From: Gemmatimonadota bacterium | GTDB taxonomy: Bacteria > Gemmatimonadota > Gemmatimonadetes > Gemmatimonadales > GWC2-71-9 | Direction: 5' to 3' | DNA length: 43,407 nucleotides | NCBI GenBank assembly: GCA_041482775.1 | Contig: JBGPEJ010000001.1 | Coordinates: forward strand, 1 to 43,407 | Shown: one piece after another, positions 1-7,933 of the stretch | How positions within the stretch are numbered: the stretch's first letter is position 1 | Layout of the letters: each line of letters starts with the position of its first letter | Translations under genes and position numbers: made by a program | Notes under the pieces: model-generated | Database searches by the model: none | What the model saw: only the letters and a program-made list of their open reading frames with translations | What the model was told of the DNA's origin: nothing

Positions 1-1266
1 CGCGCCGACCTCTACGCCCTGGGGTTGACCCTCCACTTCGCCCTGACCGGGCGACTCCCTGAGCGTCCTAACATGCATGTGCCGGTGCCCGCCAGCGCCG
101 AGGGGCACCGTCCCTCGCTGGTGCCCGGCGCTCCCCGACTTCCCGCCTGGCTCGACGAGGTGGTGGCCCGGGCCACCGCGGCGGCCCCGGAGCGGCGCTA
201 TCCCTCCGCCCCGGCGCTGGAGGAGGCGCTGGCCGCCGGCGCCGACGGCGCGCGGAAGGGGGTGCCGTCGGAGCGGACCGCGCGCTGCGCCCTCTGCGCC
301 GAGGCCGATCCGTTCGGCTTAGGGGTATGCGTCCGCTGCGGCGGCACTTCGCCCCACGCCGCCGACCGCGCCATCCTGGTGCGGCCCCCCGCGAGTCGCG
401 CCGACCGGGAAGGTGTGCGGATGGCGGTGCGCGAGCTGCTGGGTGACCGGGTGGACGGGAGTGCCGCCGACGCCGCGGCGGCGGGAGAGCGCGCGCTGCT
501 CCGGGTGCCGGCGGTGAGCACCGGCACGGTGCTGGAGCACCTGGCCGGCCGCGGCGTGCCGGCGCGCGCGGTGCTGGCCAACCGCACCTGGACCGCAATT
601 CCGATGCAGTTCCACGCCATGGTGATGGGAATGGCGGTCGTGGGCGTTGCCGCCGGCGTGGTGGTGCCGCTGATCGGCTGGGCCAGCCCCGCGGTGGCGG
701 GGCTGTGGTGGTACCTGGCGGTTCGGGAAATCCGCCGCCCCGCGCTGGCCTCGGTCGGGCTCGCGACCCCGCTCCCGCCCGAGTCGGAGCGCGAGGTGGT
801 GGAGGCGCTTGCCGAGCTGCCCGGCGGCACCGCGCGCGAGCTGCTGGCGGACATCGTGCGGGTGGGACAGCGGGTGGCCAGCGCCGCCTCAGGCGCCGAC
901 CAGGCCGAGCGGGTGGAAGAGGTGGGCCGGATCCTGGCGGGAGCGAGCCGGGCCGCGCGGCAGGTGGAGGCGCTGGAGGAAACCTTGAAGCACCTGGACC
1001 ATCGCGCCGACGGCAACCCCGACCCCGGGATGGTCTCGGCCCAGGACGCGCTGGAGCGGGGCCGCGACCGCCTGGTGCAGGAGCTTCTCCAAGTGCTCAC
1101 CTCGCTGGGCCGGCTGCAGGGGCGCCTGGCCTCGACCGCTGGAGTATCGGCCTCCAGCGGTGAAGGCCTCTCGGCCCTCATCGGGGAGCTGGAGGAATCC
1201 CTGCTGACCCAGGCCCAGGCGCTCCGCGAAGTGGAGGAGTTCCTCACCCATCCCAGCGGGGCATGA
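1..1266 (+). CDS. Ser/Thr protein kinase, C-terminal part (5' end lies outside the window)
   Basis: Frame-1 translation from nt 1 reads RADLYALGLTLHFALTGRLP...PERRYPSAPALEEAL, matching Hanks kinase subdomains IX-XI. It is followed by a CxxC...CxxC zinc-ribbon-like segment (CALCAEADPFGLGVCVRCGG), a hydrophobic membrane stretch (AMVMGMAVVGVAAGVVVPLIGW) and a helical tail. Stop TGA at 1264-1266. Confidence 0.8.
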   Translation, partial: RADLYALGLTLHFALTGRLPERPNMHVPVPASAEGHRPSLVPGAPRLPAWLDEVVARATAAAPERRYPSAPALEEALAAGADGARKGVPSERTARCALCAEADPFGLGVCVRCGGTSPHAADRAILVRPPASRADREGVRMAVRELLGDRVDGSAADAAAAGERALLRVPAVSTGTVLEHLAGRGVPARAVLANRTWTAIPMQFHAMVMGMAVVGVAAGVVVPLIGWASPAVAGLWWYLAVREIRRPALASVGLATPLPPESEREVVEALAELPGGTARELLADIVRVGQRVASAASGADQAERVEEVGRILAGASRAARQVEALEETLKHLDHRADGNPDPGMVSAQDALERGRDRLVQELLQVLTSLGRLQGRLASTAGVSASSGEGLSALIGELEESLLTQAQALREVEEFLTHPSGA

Positions 1267-1295
1267 AACCGATGGGGGAGTGAATCCGTGGTGTT

Positions 1296-1335
1296 GGGGC
1301 GGCCGACAGCCAGACGCCCGTCAATCGGCCGCCCC
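1296..1335 (+). terminator. GC-rich stem-loop after the kinase gene (11-bp stem, no U-tract)
   Basis: GGGGCGGCCGA (1296-1306) is the exact complement of TCGGCCGCCCC (1325-1335), with an 18-nt loop. It lies 30 nt after the stop codon. There is no T-run, so intrinsic termination is uncertain. Confidence 0.35.
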
Positions 1336-1358
1336 ATCGGTAACACGGAGTCACCACC

Positions 1359-3842
1359 ATGCTGCTGAAGGAGCTGGGATACGCCGCGCGCTCCCTGGCC
1401 AGGACGCCCGGGTTTGCCCTCACCGCCATCTTCACCATCGCACTCGGCGTCGGCGCCAGTACCGCGATCTTCAGCGTGGTGAACGGGGTGCTGCTCCGCC
1501 GGCTGCCCTACGCCGATCCCGACCGCCTGGTCCTGGCCTGGGGCGATCTCCGCAACCGCAACGTGCTCGACTTCCCCTTCCCGCCGGGAGACATCCCCGA
1601 CATCCGGGCCCAGGGAACCCTGTTCGAGGCGTTCGCCGGGGTCGTCACCGGCGCCGCGCCCCTCACCGGAGACGACCAGACCCCGGAACAGGTGGTCACC
1701 GCCGGGGTTACCACCAACACCTTCTCCCTGCTGGGCCTCCCGATCGAGCTGGGGCGGGGCTTCACCGACGATGACGGCACCCCGCAGCCGCAATTGGCGC
1801 AGCAGGGCGGCGGGCCCCCGCAACCCGGCGCCCAGCAGCCGCCGCGGCTCCCGGGCATCGCGGTGCTGAGCCACGAATTCTGGCGGCGGCGCTACGGCGG
1901 CGATCGCTCCATCATCGGCAAGACCATCGACCTGGGCGGCAAGACGACGGTGGTGGGAGTCCTGGCCCCGGGCGCCGAGCTGCTCTTCCCTCCCACCACC
2001 AACATCGAGCGGCGGCCGGATATCTGGGTGGCCCTCCGGGTCAGGTTCGAAGGCGCCTCCCGCATCAACGTCTTCCTGCGGCTGATCGGCCGGCTCAAGC
2101 CGGGGGTGACGGTGGCACAGGCACAGAGCCAGATGGACGGCATCGCGGCCGACTTGCGGAAGCGCTTCCCGATCAAGGAAACCGCCGGCCTGCATTTCCG
2201 GCTGGAGCCGATGCAGAAGGACCTGGTGGCCGACGTGCGCCCAGCCATCCTGGCGCTGATGGGCGCGGTGATTTTCGTGCTGCTGATTTCCTGCGCCAAC
2301 GTGGCCAACCTGCTCCTGGTGCGGGCGGCGCGCCGGGAGCGGGAGCTGGCGCTCCGGTCCGCGCTGGGCGGCACCCGCTGGCGGCTGATCCGCCAGATGC
2401 TCAGCGAAAGCCTGGTCCTCGCCGCTGGCGGCGGGGTGCTGGGCCTGGGGCTGGCCTGGCTGGGGATCCGGCTGCTGGCGTCCATGGGCCCGGCCAGCCT
2501 TCCCCGGCTCGACGCCGTCACCATCGATCCGCTGGTGCTGGTGTTCTCCGCGGGGGCGAGCCTCGCGGCCGCGGTCATTTTCGGCGTGGTCCCCGCGCTG
2601 CGCGCGTCACGCCCCAACGCCATCGAGGCGCTCCGCCCCACCGGGCGGGCATCGGGGGGGCGGGCGGGCCGCTGGCTCCGCGACAGCGTGGTGATGGTGG
2701 AGGTGGCGCTCTCGTTCGTGCTGCTGATCGGGTCGGGGTTGATGTTCCGGAGCTTCCTGGCGCTGGTTCGCACCGATCCCGGCTACGATCCGTCGGGGAT
2801 CCTCACCTTCACCGTGCCCCAGGGGAGGGGGGGCAGTCAGCAGCGCGCGGCATTCATCCAGACGCTGCATGACCGCCTGGCCGGGCTGCCCGGGGTGCAG
2901 GCGGTTACCGCCGCCACACCGCTGCCGCTCGACGGGGCCATCGTCAACGCGCGCTGGGGCACCGACGCGGCGGTGGCCGATCCGACCAAGTTCCAGCAGG
3001 CCAACCTGCACCTGGTGCTGCCGGGATACTTCGAGACGCTGCGCACCCGGCTGCTCTCCGGCCGGGTCTTCACCGCCGCCGACAACGACAGCTCGGTGAT
3101 GTCGCTCATCGTGGACGACCGGCTCGCCGCCAAGGCGTTTCCCGGCCGGCCGGCGGTGGGCCAGCGGCTCTACGTGCGGGCCCGGGGCAACGAGCCGGAG
3201 TGGTACGACATCATCGGCGTGGTGGCCCACCAGCGCCACGTTTCCCTCACCGAGGACGGACCCGCGGCGATTTTCTTGACCGACGGCCATGTCGGCTCCG
3301 GCGCGGTCAGCCGGTGGGCAGTCCGGACCGCGGGCAATCCAACGGCACTCGCCGGCCCGGTCCGCGCCGCGGTGACGGCGCTCGACCCATTGCTCCCGGT
3401 GTCCGAGGTGCAGCCCATGTCGGCGCTGGTGGACAAGGCCATGGCGCCGACCCGCTTTGCACTGGTCCTGATCGGAATCTTCGCCGCCATCGCCGGGGTG
3501 CTCGCGGTGGTGGGGCTCTACGGCGTGCTCTCCAGCTCGGTGAGCCAGCGCACCGCCGAGATCGGCGTGCGGGTGGCGCTGGGGGCGCCGCGCAGCAGCA
3601 TCCTGCAGCTGGTCATCGGGCAGGGGCTTCGCTTGAGCGGCGTGGGAATCGGGCTCGGCCTGGTGGGAGCGTTCGCGCTGACCCGGGTGATGAACACGAT
3701 GCTGGTTGGGGTCAAGGCCACCGACCCGCTCACCTTTGCCTCGATGGTGGTGATTTTCTTCGGGATTGCCTGGTTTGCCTGCTGGGTGCCGGCCCGCCGC
3801 GCGGCGGGGCTCGATCCGACGGTGGCCCTGCGGGAGGACTAG
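1359..3842 (+). CDS. ADOP-family MacB-like ABC permease (duplicated FtsX domains), no adjacent ATPase
   Basis: 827 aa. The N-terminus LKELGYAARSLARTPGFALTAIFTIALGVGASTAIFSVVNGVLLRRLPYADPDRLV and the internal LLISCANVANLLLVRA motif are typical of MacB/FtsX permeases. The periplasmic domain plus 4-TM module is present twice. GGAG lies 9 nt before the ATG. Confidence 0.9.
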   Translation: MLLKELGYAARSLARTPGFALTAIFTIALGVGASTAIFSVVNGVLLRRLPYADPDRLVLAWGDLRNRNVLDFPFPPGDIPDIRAQGTLFEAFAGVVTGAAPLTGDDQTPEQVVTAGVTTNTFSLLGLPIELGRGFTDDDGTPQPQLAQQGGGPPQPGAQQPPRLPGIAVLSHEFWRRRYGGDRSIIGKTIDLGGKTTVVGVLAPGAELLFPPTTNIERRPDIWVALRVRFEGASRINVFLRLIGRLKPGVTVAQAQSQMDGIAADLRKRFPIKETAGLHFRLEPMQKDLVADVRPAILALMGAVIFVLLISCANVANLLLVRAARRERELALRSALGGTRWRLIRQMLSESLVLAAGGGVLGLGLAWLGIRLLASMGPASLPRLDAVTIDPLVLVFSAGASLAAAVIFGVVPALRASRPNAIEALRPTGRASGGRAGRWLRDSVVMVEVALSFVLLIGSGLMFRSFLALVRTDPGYDPSGILTFTVPQGRGGSQQRAAFIQTLHDRLAGLPGVQAVTAATPLPLDGAIVNARWGTDAAVADPTKFQQANLHLVLPGYFETLRTRLLSGRVFTAADNDSSVMSLIVDDRLAAKAFPGRPAVGQRLYVRARGNEPEWYDIIGVVAHQRHVSLTEDGPAAIFLTDGHVGSGAVSRWAVRTAGNPTALAGPVRAAVTALDPLLPVSEVQPMSALVDKAMAPTRFALVLIGIFAAIAGVLAVVGLYGVLSSSVSQRTAEIGVRVALGAPRSSILQLVIGQGLRLSGVGIGLGLVGAFALTRVMNTMLVGVKATDPLTFASMVVIFFGIAWFACWVPARRAAGLDPTVALRED

Positions 3843-4927
3843 CCGGGGCGGCTCTCCACGCCGTCGCGCCGGCCGAGGAAATCCCCCAGCGGCGCCAGGG
3901 CGTCGATGTGGTCGCCGCAGATCTTGAGGGTGGCGAGCAGGGGCACGGCGATGAAGGCGCCCGGCACGCCCCAGATCCAGAACCAGAACGCCAGGCCGAT
4001 GAAGAGCGCCACCGGATTGAGCGCGAGGCGGTGGCCCAGCAGCATCGGGCTCAGCAGGTTGGCCTGGATCAGGTTGGCGACGAGAAAGGCACCGGGCACC
4101 AGAAGCGCGTGCCCGACTTCGGGGAAGGTGGCCAGCGCCGCGACGGTGAGAATCGCCAGCATCGCAGCGGCGCCCAGATATGGAATGAACTCGAAGAGCA
4201 CAGCCAATCCGCCCCACAATAGCGCGTTGGGCATCCCCAGCAGCTGCATCGCCCCCGCAACCATCGCTCCCTCGATCAGGTTGATGGCGGCGGTGGTGCG
4301 GAGATAGGTCGAGATCGACGCTTCGGTGGCCCGGGCAATTTGAATCGCCTTGACCTTGTCGCTGAAATGCGGCAGCAGCTTGATCAGCTTTGCCAGGAAG
4401 AGATCCCCCGCCGCCAGCAGGAAGTAGAGCAGGATCAGGACTTCGAGCGCCCCGGCCAGGAAGCGCTGGGTGGAGCCGAAGATCCTCGAGGCCACGCTCG
4501 GCCCCGCCACCACGACTTCCGGTACCTTGACGGCTCCCGACACGCCGCCCGCCGCGCTCTCCACCTGCTGCGCCGTCTTGGTCATCTGCTCGAGCGGCTT
4601 GAGCAGCTTCTTGAGCTTGGCCTGCGCCGTGGCGATGGTTTGCGGCGCCTTTTCCCCCCAGCTCTGCACCGGACCGGAGAGCTGGTAGACCCCGAGGCCC
4701 ACCAGCCCGACCATCGCCAGGACCACCACCGCCGCGCCGAGGGGTACCGGAATCCGGAGCCGGGCCAGCGCGCGCACCGCGGGGCCCAGCAGGAAATCCA
4801 GCAGCAGTGCAAAGGTGATGGGCAGCAGGAATTCGCGGGCGAAGTAGAGGGTGTAGAGCACCGCCAGAATCGCCAGCGCGGTAGTGGCGGTCGAGCGGAG
4901 CGGACGTTGCGCTTGGTCGGCGTCCAT
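3839..4927 (-). CDS. AI-2E family (PerM-like) membrane transporter
   Basis: I trimmed the track ORF 3839..5470 to the internal ATG at 4927 (MDADQAQRPLRSTATTALAILAVLYTLYFAREFLLPITFALLLDFLL). The protein is multi-TM throughout, with the typical C-terminal FIAVPLLATLKI. The upstream 181 codons overlap the ArsR and SRPBCC genes and look non-coding. Confidence 0.85.
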   Translation of the reverse strand: MDADQAQRPLRSTATTALAILAVLYTLYFAREFLLPITFALLLDFLLGPAVRALARLRIPVPLGAAVVVLAMVGLVGLGVYQLSGPVQSWGEKAPQTIATAQAKLKKLLKPLEQMTKTAQQVESAAGGVSGAVKVPEVVVAGPSVASRIFGSTQRFLAGALEVLILLYFLLAAGDLFLAKLIKLLPHFSDKVKAIQIARATEASISTYLRTTAAINLIEGAMVAGAMQLLGMPNALLWGGLAVLFEFIPYLGAAAMLAILTVAALATFPEVGHALLVPGAFLVANLIQANLLSPMLLGHRLALNPVALFIGLAFWFWIWGVPGAFIAVPLLATLKICGDHIDALAPLGDFLGRRDGVESRPG

Positions 4928-4969
4928 GGCAGGAAAACTAGCCCCCTTGACGCCAGAGCGGATCGGGCG

Positions 4970-4993
4970 ATAATCAACCATATGGTTGATTAT
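4970..4993. promoter_or_regulatory. Perfect 24-bp palindrome; candidate ArsR operator overlapping divergent -10 elements
   Basis: ATAATCAACCAT|ATGGTTGATTAT is perfectly self-complementary and centred on the CATATG that contains the ArsR start codon (4982). GATAAT (4969-4974) ends 7 nt before that ATG. The mirror AATAAT on the minus strand points toward the AI-2E gene, which starts at 4927. Confidence 0.6.
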
Positions 4994-5365
4994 TCCTCGG
5001 CGCCGCTCGACCGGGTCTTCCAGGCGCTCTCCGACCCGACCCGCCGCGCCATCCTTACCCGGTTGAGCCGGGGCGGGGCCACCGTGGGCGAGGTGGCGGC
5101 GCCGTTCACTACCTCGCTCAACGCCGTCTCCAAGCATCTCATGGTGCTGGAGCGCGCCGGCCTGCTGCGGCGGCGGGTCGAAGGCCGGGAGCACCACCTG
5201 GTGCTCGATCCCGAGCCGCTGCAGGACGCCGCGAAGTGGATTGCCTACTATCGAGAATTCTGGGAACGCCGACTCGATGCCCTCGACACCCTTCTCACCG
5301 GCGGCCCCCACCCCCTCCCCAAACCCAGGGTCCCTCATGCCCGCCCCCGAAAAACGCGGCGCTGA
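4982..5365 (+). CDS. ArsR/SmtB-family transcriptional regulator
   Basis: 127 aa. LDRVFQALSDPTRRAILTRLSRGGATVGEVAAPFTTSLNAVSKHLMVLERAGLL is a canonical ArsR winged helix-turn-helix. Confidence 0.9.
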   Translation: MVDYSSAPLDRVFQALSDPTRRAILTRLSRGGATVGEVAAPFTTSLNAVSKHLMVLERAGLLRRRVEGREHHLVLDPEPLQDAAKWIAYYREFWERRLDALDTLLTGGPHPLPKPRVPHARPRKTRR

Positions 5366-6275
5366 GCCGTTCCGCATCGAGCTCCGCCGGATCATCGCGC
5401 GCCCGGTCGAGGAGGTGTATCGCGCCTGGACCACCCCCGCGCTCATCGCGAAGTGGTTCAGTCCGGGCATCGAGGAGATGCAGGTGTCCGCCGAGGTCCG
5501 TACCGGTGGGCCGATCCGGATCGAGCTTACCTACCGCGGCGCGCCCTGGCGGCTCGACGGCAGGTACCTCGAAGTGATCCCGGGCAAACGGCTGCGATTC
5601 ACCTGGGTCACCACCGAATGTCCCGCCGCGATCGGCTCGGTGGTCACCGTGAATTTCCGCGATCTGGGCTCCCGCACCGAGCTGGTGCTGCTGCACGAGG
5701 GCTTCCCCGACCGGAAAACCCGGGACGACCACGATGCCACCGGGTGGCAGCAGATTCTCGAAGTGTTCGTGGCGGCGGAGGGCGGGGCGCTGGCCCCGCA
5801 GCGCTTCGCCGACGCTTCCCGCACCGTGCTGGCCCAAGCACGGGGCGACAGCTACCGAGTGGAGGTGCGCAGGGTGATTGCCCGGCCGGCGGCGGAGGTC
5901 TTTACCGCGTGGACTAACCCGGCGAGCATGGAGAAGTGGATCTGCCCCAGCGGGACGGGGTCCCGGGTCACCGCCGACGCGCGGGTGGGCGGGCGCTTCC
6001 ACATCGACATGCTGGGCCCCAACGGCGAGGTGTGGCCCCATGACGGCGAATACCTCGAGATCGATCCTCCCCGCCGGTTGAGCTTCTCGTGGATTTCCCG
6101 GGCCTGCGAGGCGGGGGTCGGCGCGGTGGTGACGGTAGACTTCCACGACCGCGGCAGGGAGACCGAGGTGGTGCTGGCGCACTTCGGATTCCCCAGCCTC
6201 AAGTCGCGCGACGAGCACCAGCGCGGGTGGACCGCGATCCTGAGTCAGCTCGCTCAGCAGACGAAAGGAGGGTAG
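5337..6275 (+). CDS. Tandem SRPBCC (AHSA1/START-like) domain protein
   Basis: Two homologous halves are visible. FRIELRRIIARPVEEVYRAWTTPALIAKWFSPG...LRFTWVTTE...VTVNFRDLGSRTELVLLHEGF pairs with YRVEVRRVIARPAAEVFTAWTNPASMEKWICPSG...LSFSWISRA...VTVDFHDRGRETEVVLAHFGF. I chose the start ATG at 5337 (29-nt overlap with ArsR); ATGs at 5241 and 5277 are alternatives. Confidence 0.75.
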   Translation: MPAPEKRGAEPFRIELRRIIARPVEEVYRAWTTPALIAKWFSPGIEEMQVSAEVRTGGPIRIELTYRGAPWRLDGRYLEVIPGKRLRFTWVTTECPAAIGSVVTVNFRDLGSRTELVLLHEGFPDRKTRDDHDATGWQQILEVFVAAEGGALAPQRFADASRTVLAQARGDSYRVEVRRVIARPAAEVFTAWTNPASMEKWICPSGTGSRVTADARVGGRFHIDMLGPNGEVWPHDGEYLEIDPPRRLSFSWISRACEAGVGAVVTVDFHDRGRETEVVLAHFGFPSLKSRDEHQRGWTAILSQLAQQTKGG

Positions 6276-6361
6276 AGTCGTCGCGCCCGCGGCTATATTG
6301 TAGGACGGGCGCAACAGTTGAAGGTTGTGGCCGGACTCTTCAGTCAAAGCGTCTGTATCAC

Positions 6362-7933
6362 ATGATGAGTCCCTCTCTGCCCAGGCGAACCATGCTGGTG
6401 AGCCTCTCGGTGCTGACGGCCGCAGCGTGCAGCGCGGCCGATGTCGGCGGACCCGGTCCCGGGCCCGGCCCCAATCCCAGCGCAGCGGACACCACCCTGA
6501 TCGTCATCGACAACGCCACCACCTACCAGGTGGTGGACGGCTTCGGTGCCACCACCATCAGCCTCAACTTCACCGACGGCGATCACCTCGGGCCCTATCG
6601 CAGCGCCGCGATCAAGGTGGTCTACGGCGATCTGGGGCTCTCGCTCGGCACAATCGATTTCGGCCTCGTGGAAACGCCGGCCAACGCCACCGATCTCTTC
6701 GGCCAGCGCGCCAACGACAACGCCGATCCGATGGTGGCCAATCCGGCGGGGTTCAACTACACCGGGCCCGATGAGATCCGGAGCAAGGTCCTGATTCCCG
6801 CCGCGGCGTACGGGTTCAGCGACCTGACCCTGGGACCGTTCATCAGCCTGCCGTACAAACTCTCCTGGATGCTGCCGATCCGGACCGCGGACTACTCCCG
6901 CTACCTCGACGAGGCGGCGGAGAACGTGCTGGTGACCCTCCAGCACTGGCGCGACGCCTACGGCCAGACGCCCAAGCTGATCTCCCTGTTCAACGAGCCC
7001 ACCAGCGGCAACACCGAGCTGGCCGGCGGCTCCACCCAGGAAGTGGTGGACCTGGTCAAGCGGGTCGGTGACCGGCTCCGCGCGGCGGGCTTCGCCTCGA
7101 TCAAGTTCCTGGTCCCCAACGAAGAGACGATGGCCCGGTCCTACCAGGTGGCCCAGGCCATTCTCGCCGACCCCGCCGCCCGGCAGTACGTCGGCGCCAT
7201 CGGATATCACGGTTACCCGTATGGCTCGGTGTACTCCAGCCCGCGGCGGATTCTGGAGACCTCGGGGAACGGGACGCCCGATCCCGCCGCCCGGCAGGAG
7301 ATGGAGCAGCTCAAGGCGCTGGGCCAGCAGTACGGCGTTCCGATCTGGATGACTGAAATCACCGAGGGCCCCGGCAACGCCGACTACAACTTCGACGCCA
7401 TCGAGACCATTCTGGCCCGCGCCATTCACATCCACGACAACTTCGAGTACGCCGGGGGATCGGCGTTCTTCGGCATGAACGAGCTCTGGGACTCGAAGTC
7501 CAACGCCGAGCATTTCGCCGCTCGGGGCATCGCGTTCCTCTCCGACCACAGCAGTATTGCCCTGGTGGACGTGGGCACCGGCGCGATCCTGACGACCGGG
7601 ATGGGCTTCGCGATCGGGCATTACGCCTACTGGGTCAAGCCGGGGGCGCTCCGCATCGCCGCCACCAGCGCCAAGCCCAAGGTGATCGTCACGGCGTTCC
7701 GGGATCAAGTCAACAAACGGCTGATCCTGGTCGCGGTGAACAACGAGGCGGGGGAGCAGCTGCTCCGCGTCTCACTCCACGGCGCAGCGGCGAACGGGGA
7801 GGTTACCGGCGACCAGACCAACGGCGCGCTGCGCCGCCGGATCATTCAGCCCTTCGCGGCGGAAGCGAGCGACAGCGTGAACTTCGTCGCTCCCGGCAGG
7901 AGCGTGATTACGCTGGTGATTCCTATCGCGTGA
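6362..7933 (+). CDS. Clan GH-A glycoside hydrolase, GH30-like, probable lipoprotein
   Basis: The signal/lipobox is MMSPSLPRRTMLVSLSVLTAAAC. YQVVDGFGATT is typical of the GH30 N-terminus. SLFNEPT is a candidate acid/base NEP motif and IWMTEI a candidate nucleophile TE motif. I trimmed the start from track ORF 6089. Confidence 0.7.
   Translation: MMSPSLPRRTMLVSLSVLTAAACSAADVGGPGPGPGPNPSAADTTLIVIDNATTYQVVDGFGATTISLNFTDGDHLGPYRSAAIKVVYGDLGLSLGTIDFGLVETPANATDLFGQRANDNADPMVANPAGFNYTGPDEIRSKVLIPAAAYGFSDLTLGPFISLPYKLSWMLPIRTADYSRYLDEAAENVLVTLQHWRDAYGQTPKLISLFNEPTSGNTELAGGSTQEVVDLVKRVGDRLRAAGFASIKFLVPNEETMARSYQVAQAILADPAARQYVGAIGYHGYPYGSVYSSPRRILETSGNGTPDPAARQEMEQLKALGQQYGVPIWMTEITEGPGNADYNFDAIETILARAIHIHDNFEYAGGSAFFGMNELWDSKSNAEHFAARGIAFLSDHSSIALVDVGTGAILTTGMGFAIGHYAYWVKPGALRIAATSAKPKVIVTAFRDQVNKRLILVAVNNEAGEQLLRVSLHGAAANGEVTGDQTNGALRRRIIQPFAAEASDSVNFVAPGRSVITLVIPIA

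Noticed and set aside
198-4217. Very long minus-strand ORFs (198..2195, 1892..2773, 2607..4217) opposite the kinase and first permease genes
   Set aside because: They are Arg/Pro/Gly/Ala-rich and low in complexity, with no recognisable motifs. They lie exactly antisense to genes with clear family signatures, which is the typical shadow-ORF pattern of high-GC DNA.
5241-5336. Earlier ATG starts (5241, 5277) for the SRPBCC gene
   Set aside because: They would add a Pro/Ser-rich N-terminus overlapping up to 125 nt of the ArsR gene. The domain alignment of the two halves begins just after the ATG at 5337. The longer form cannot be excluded.
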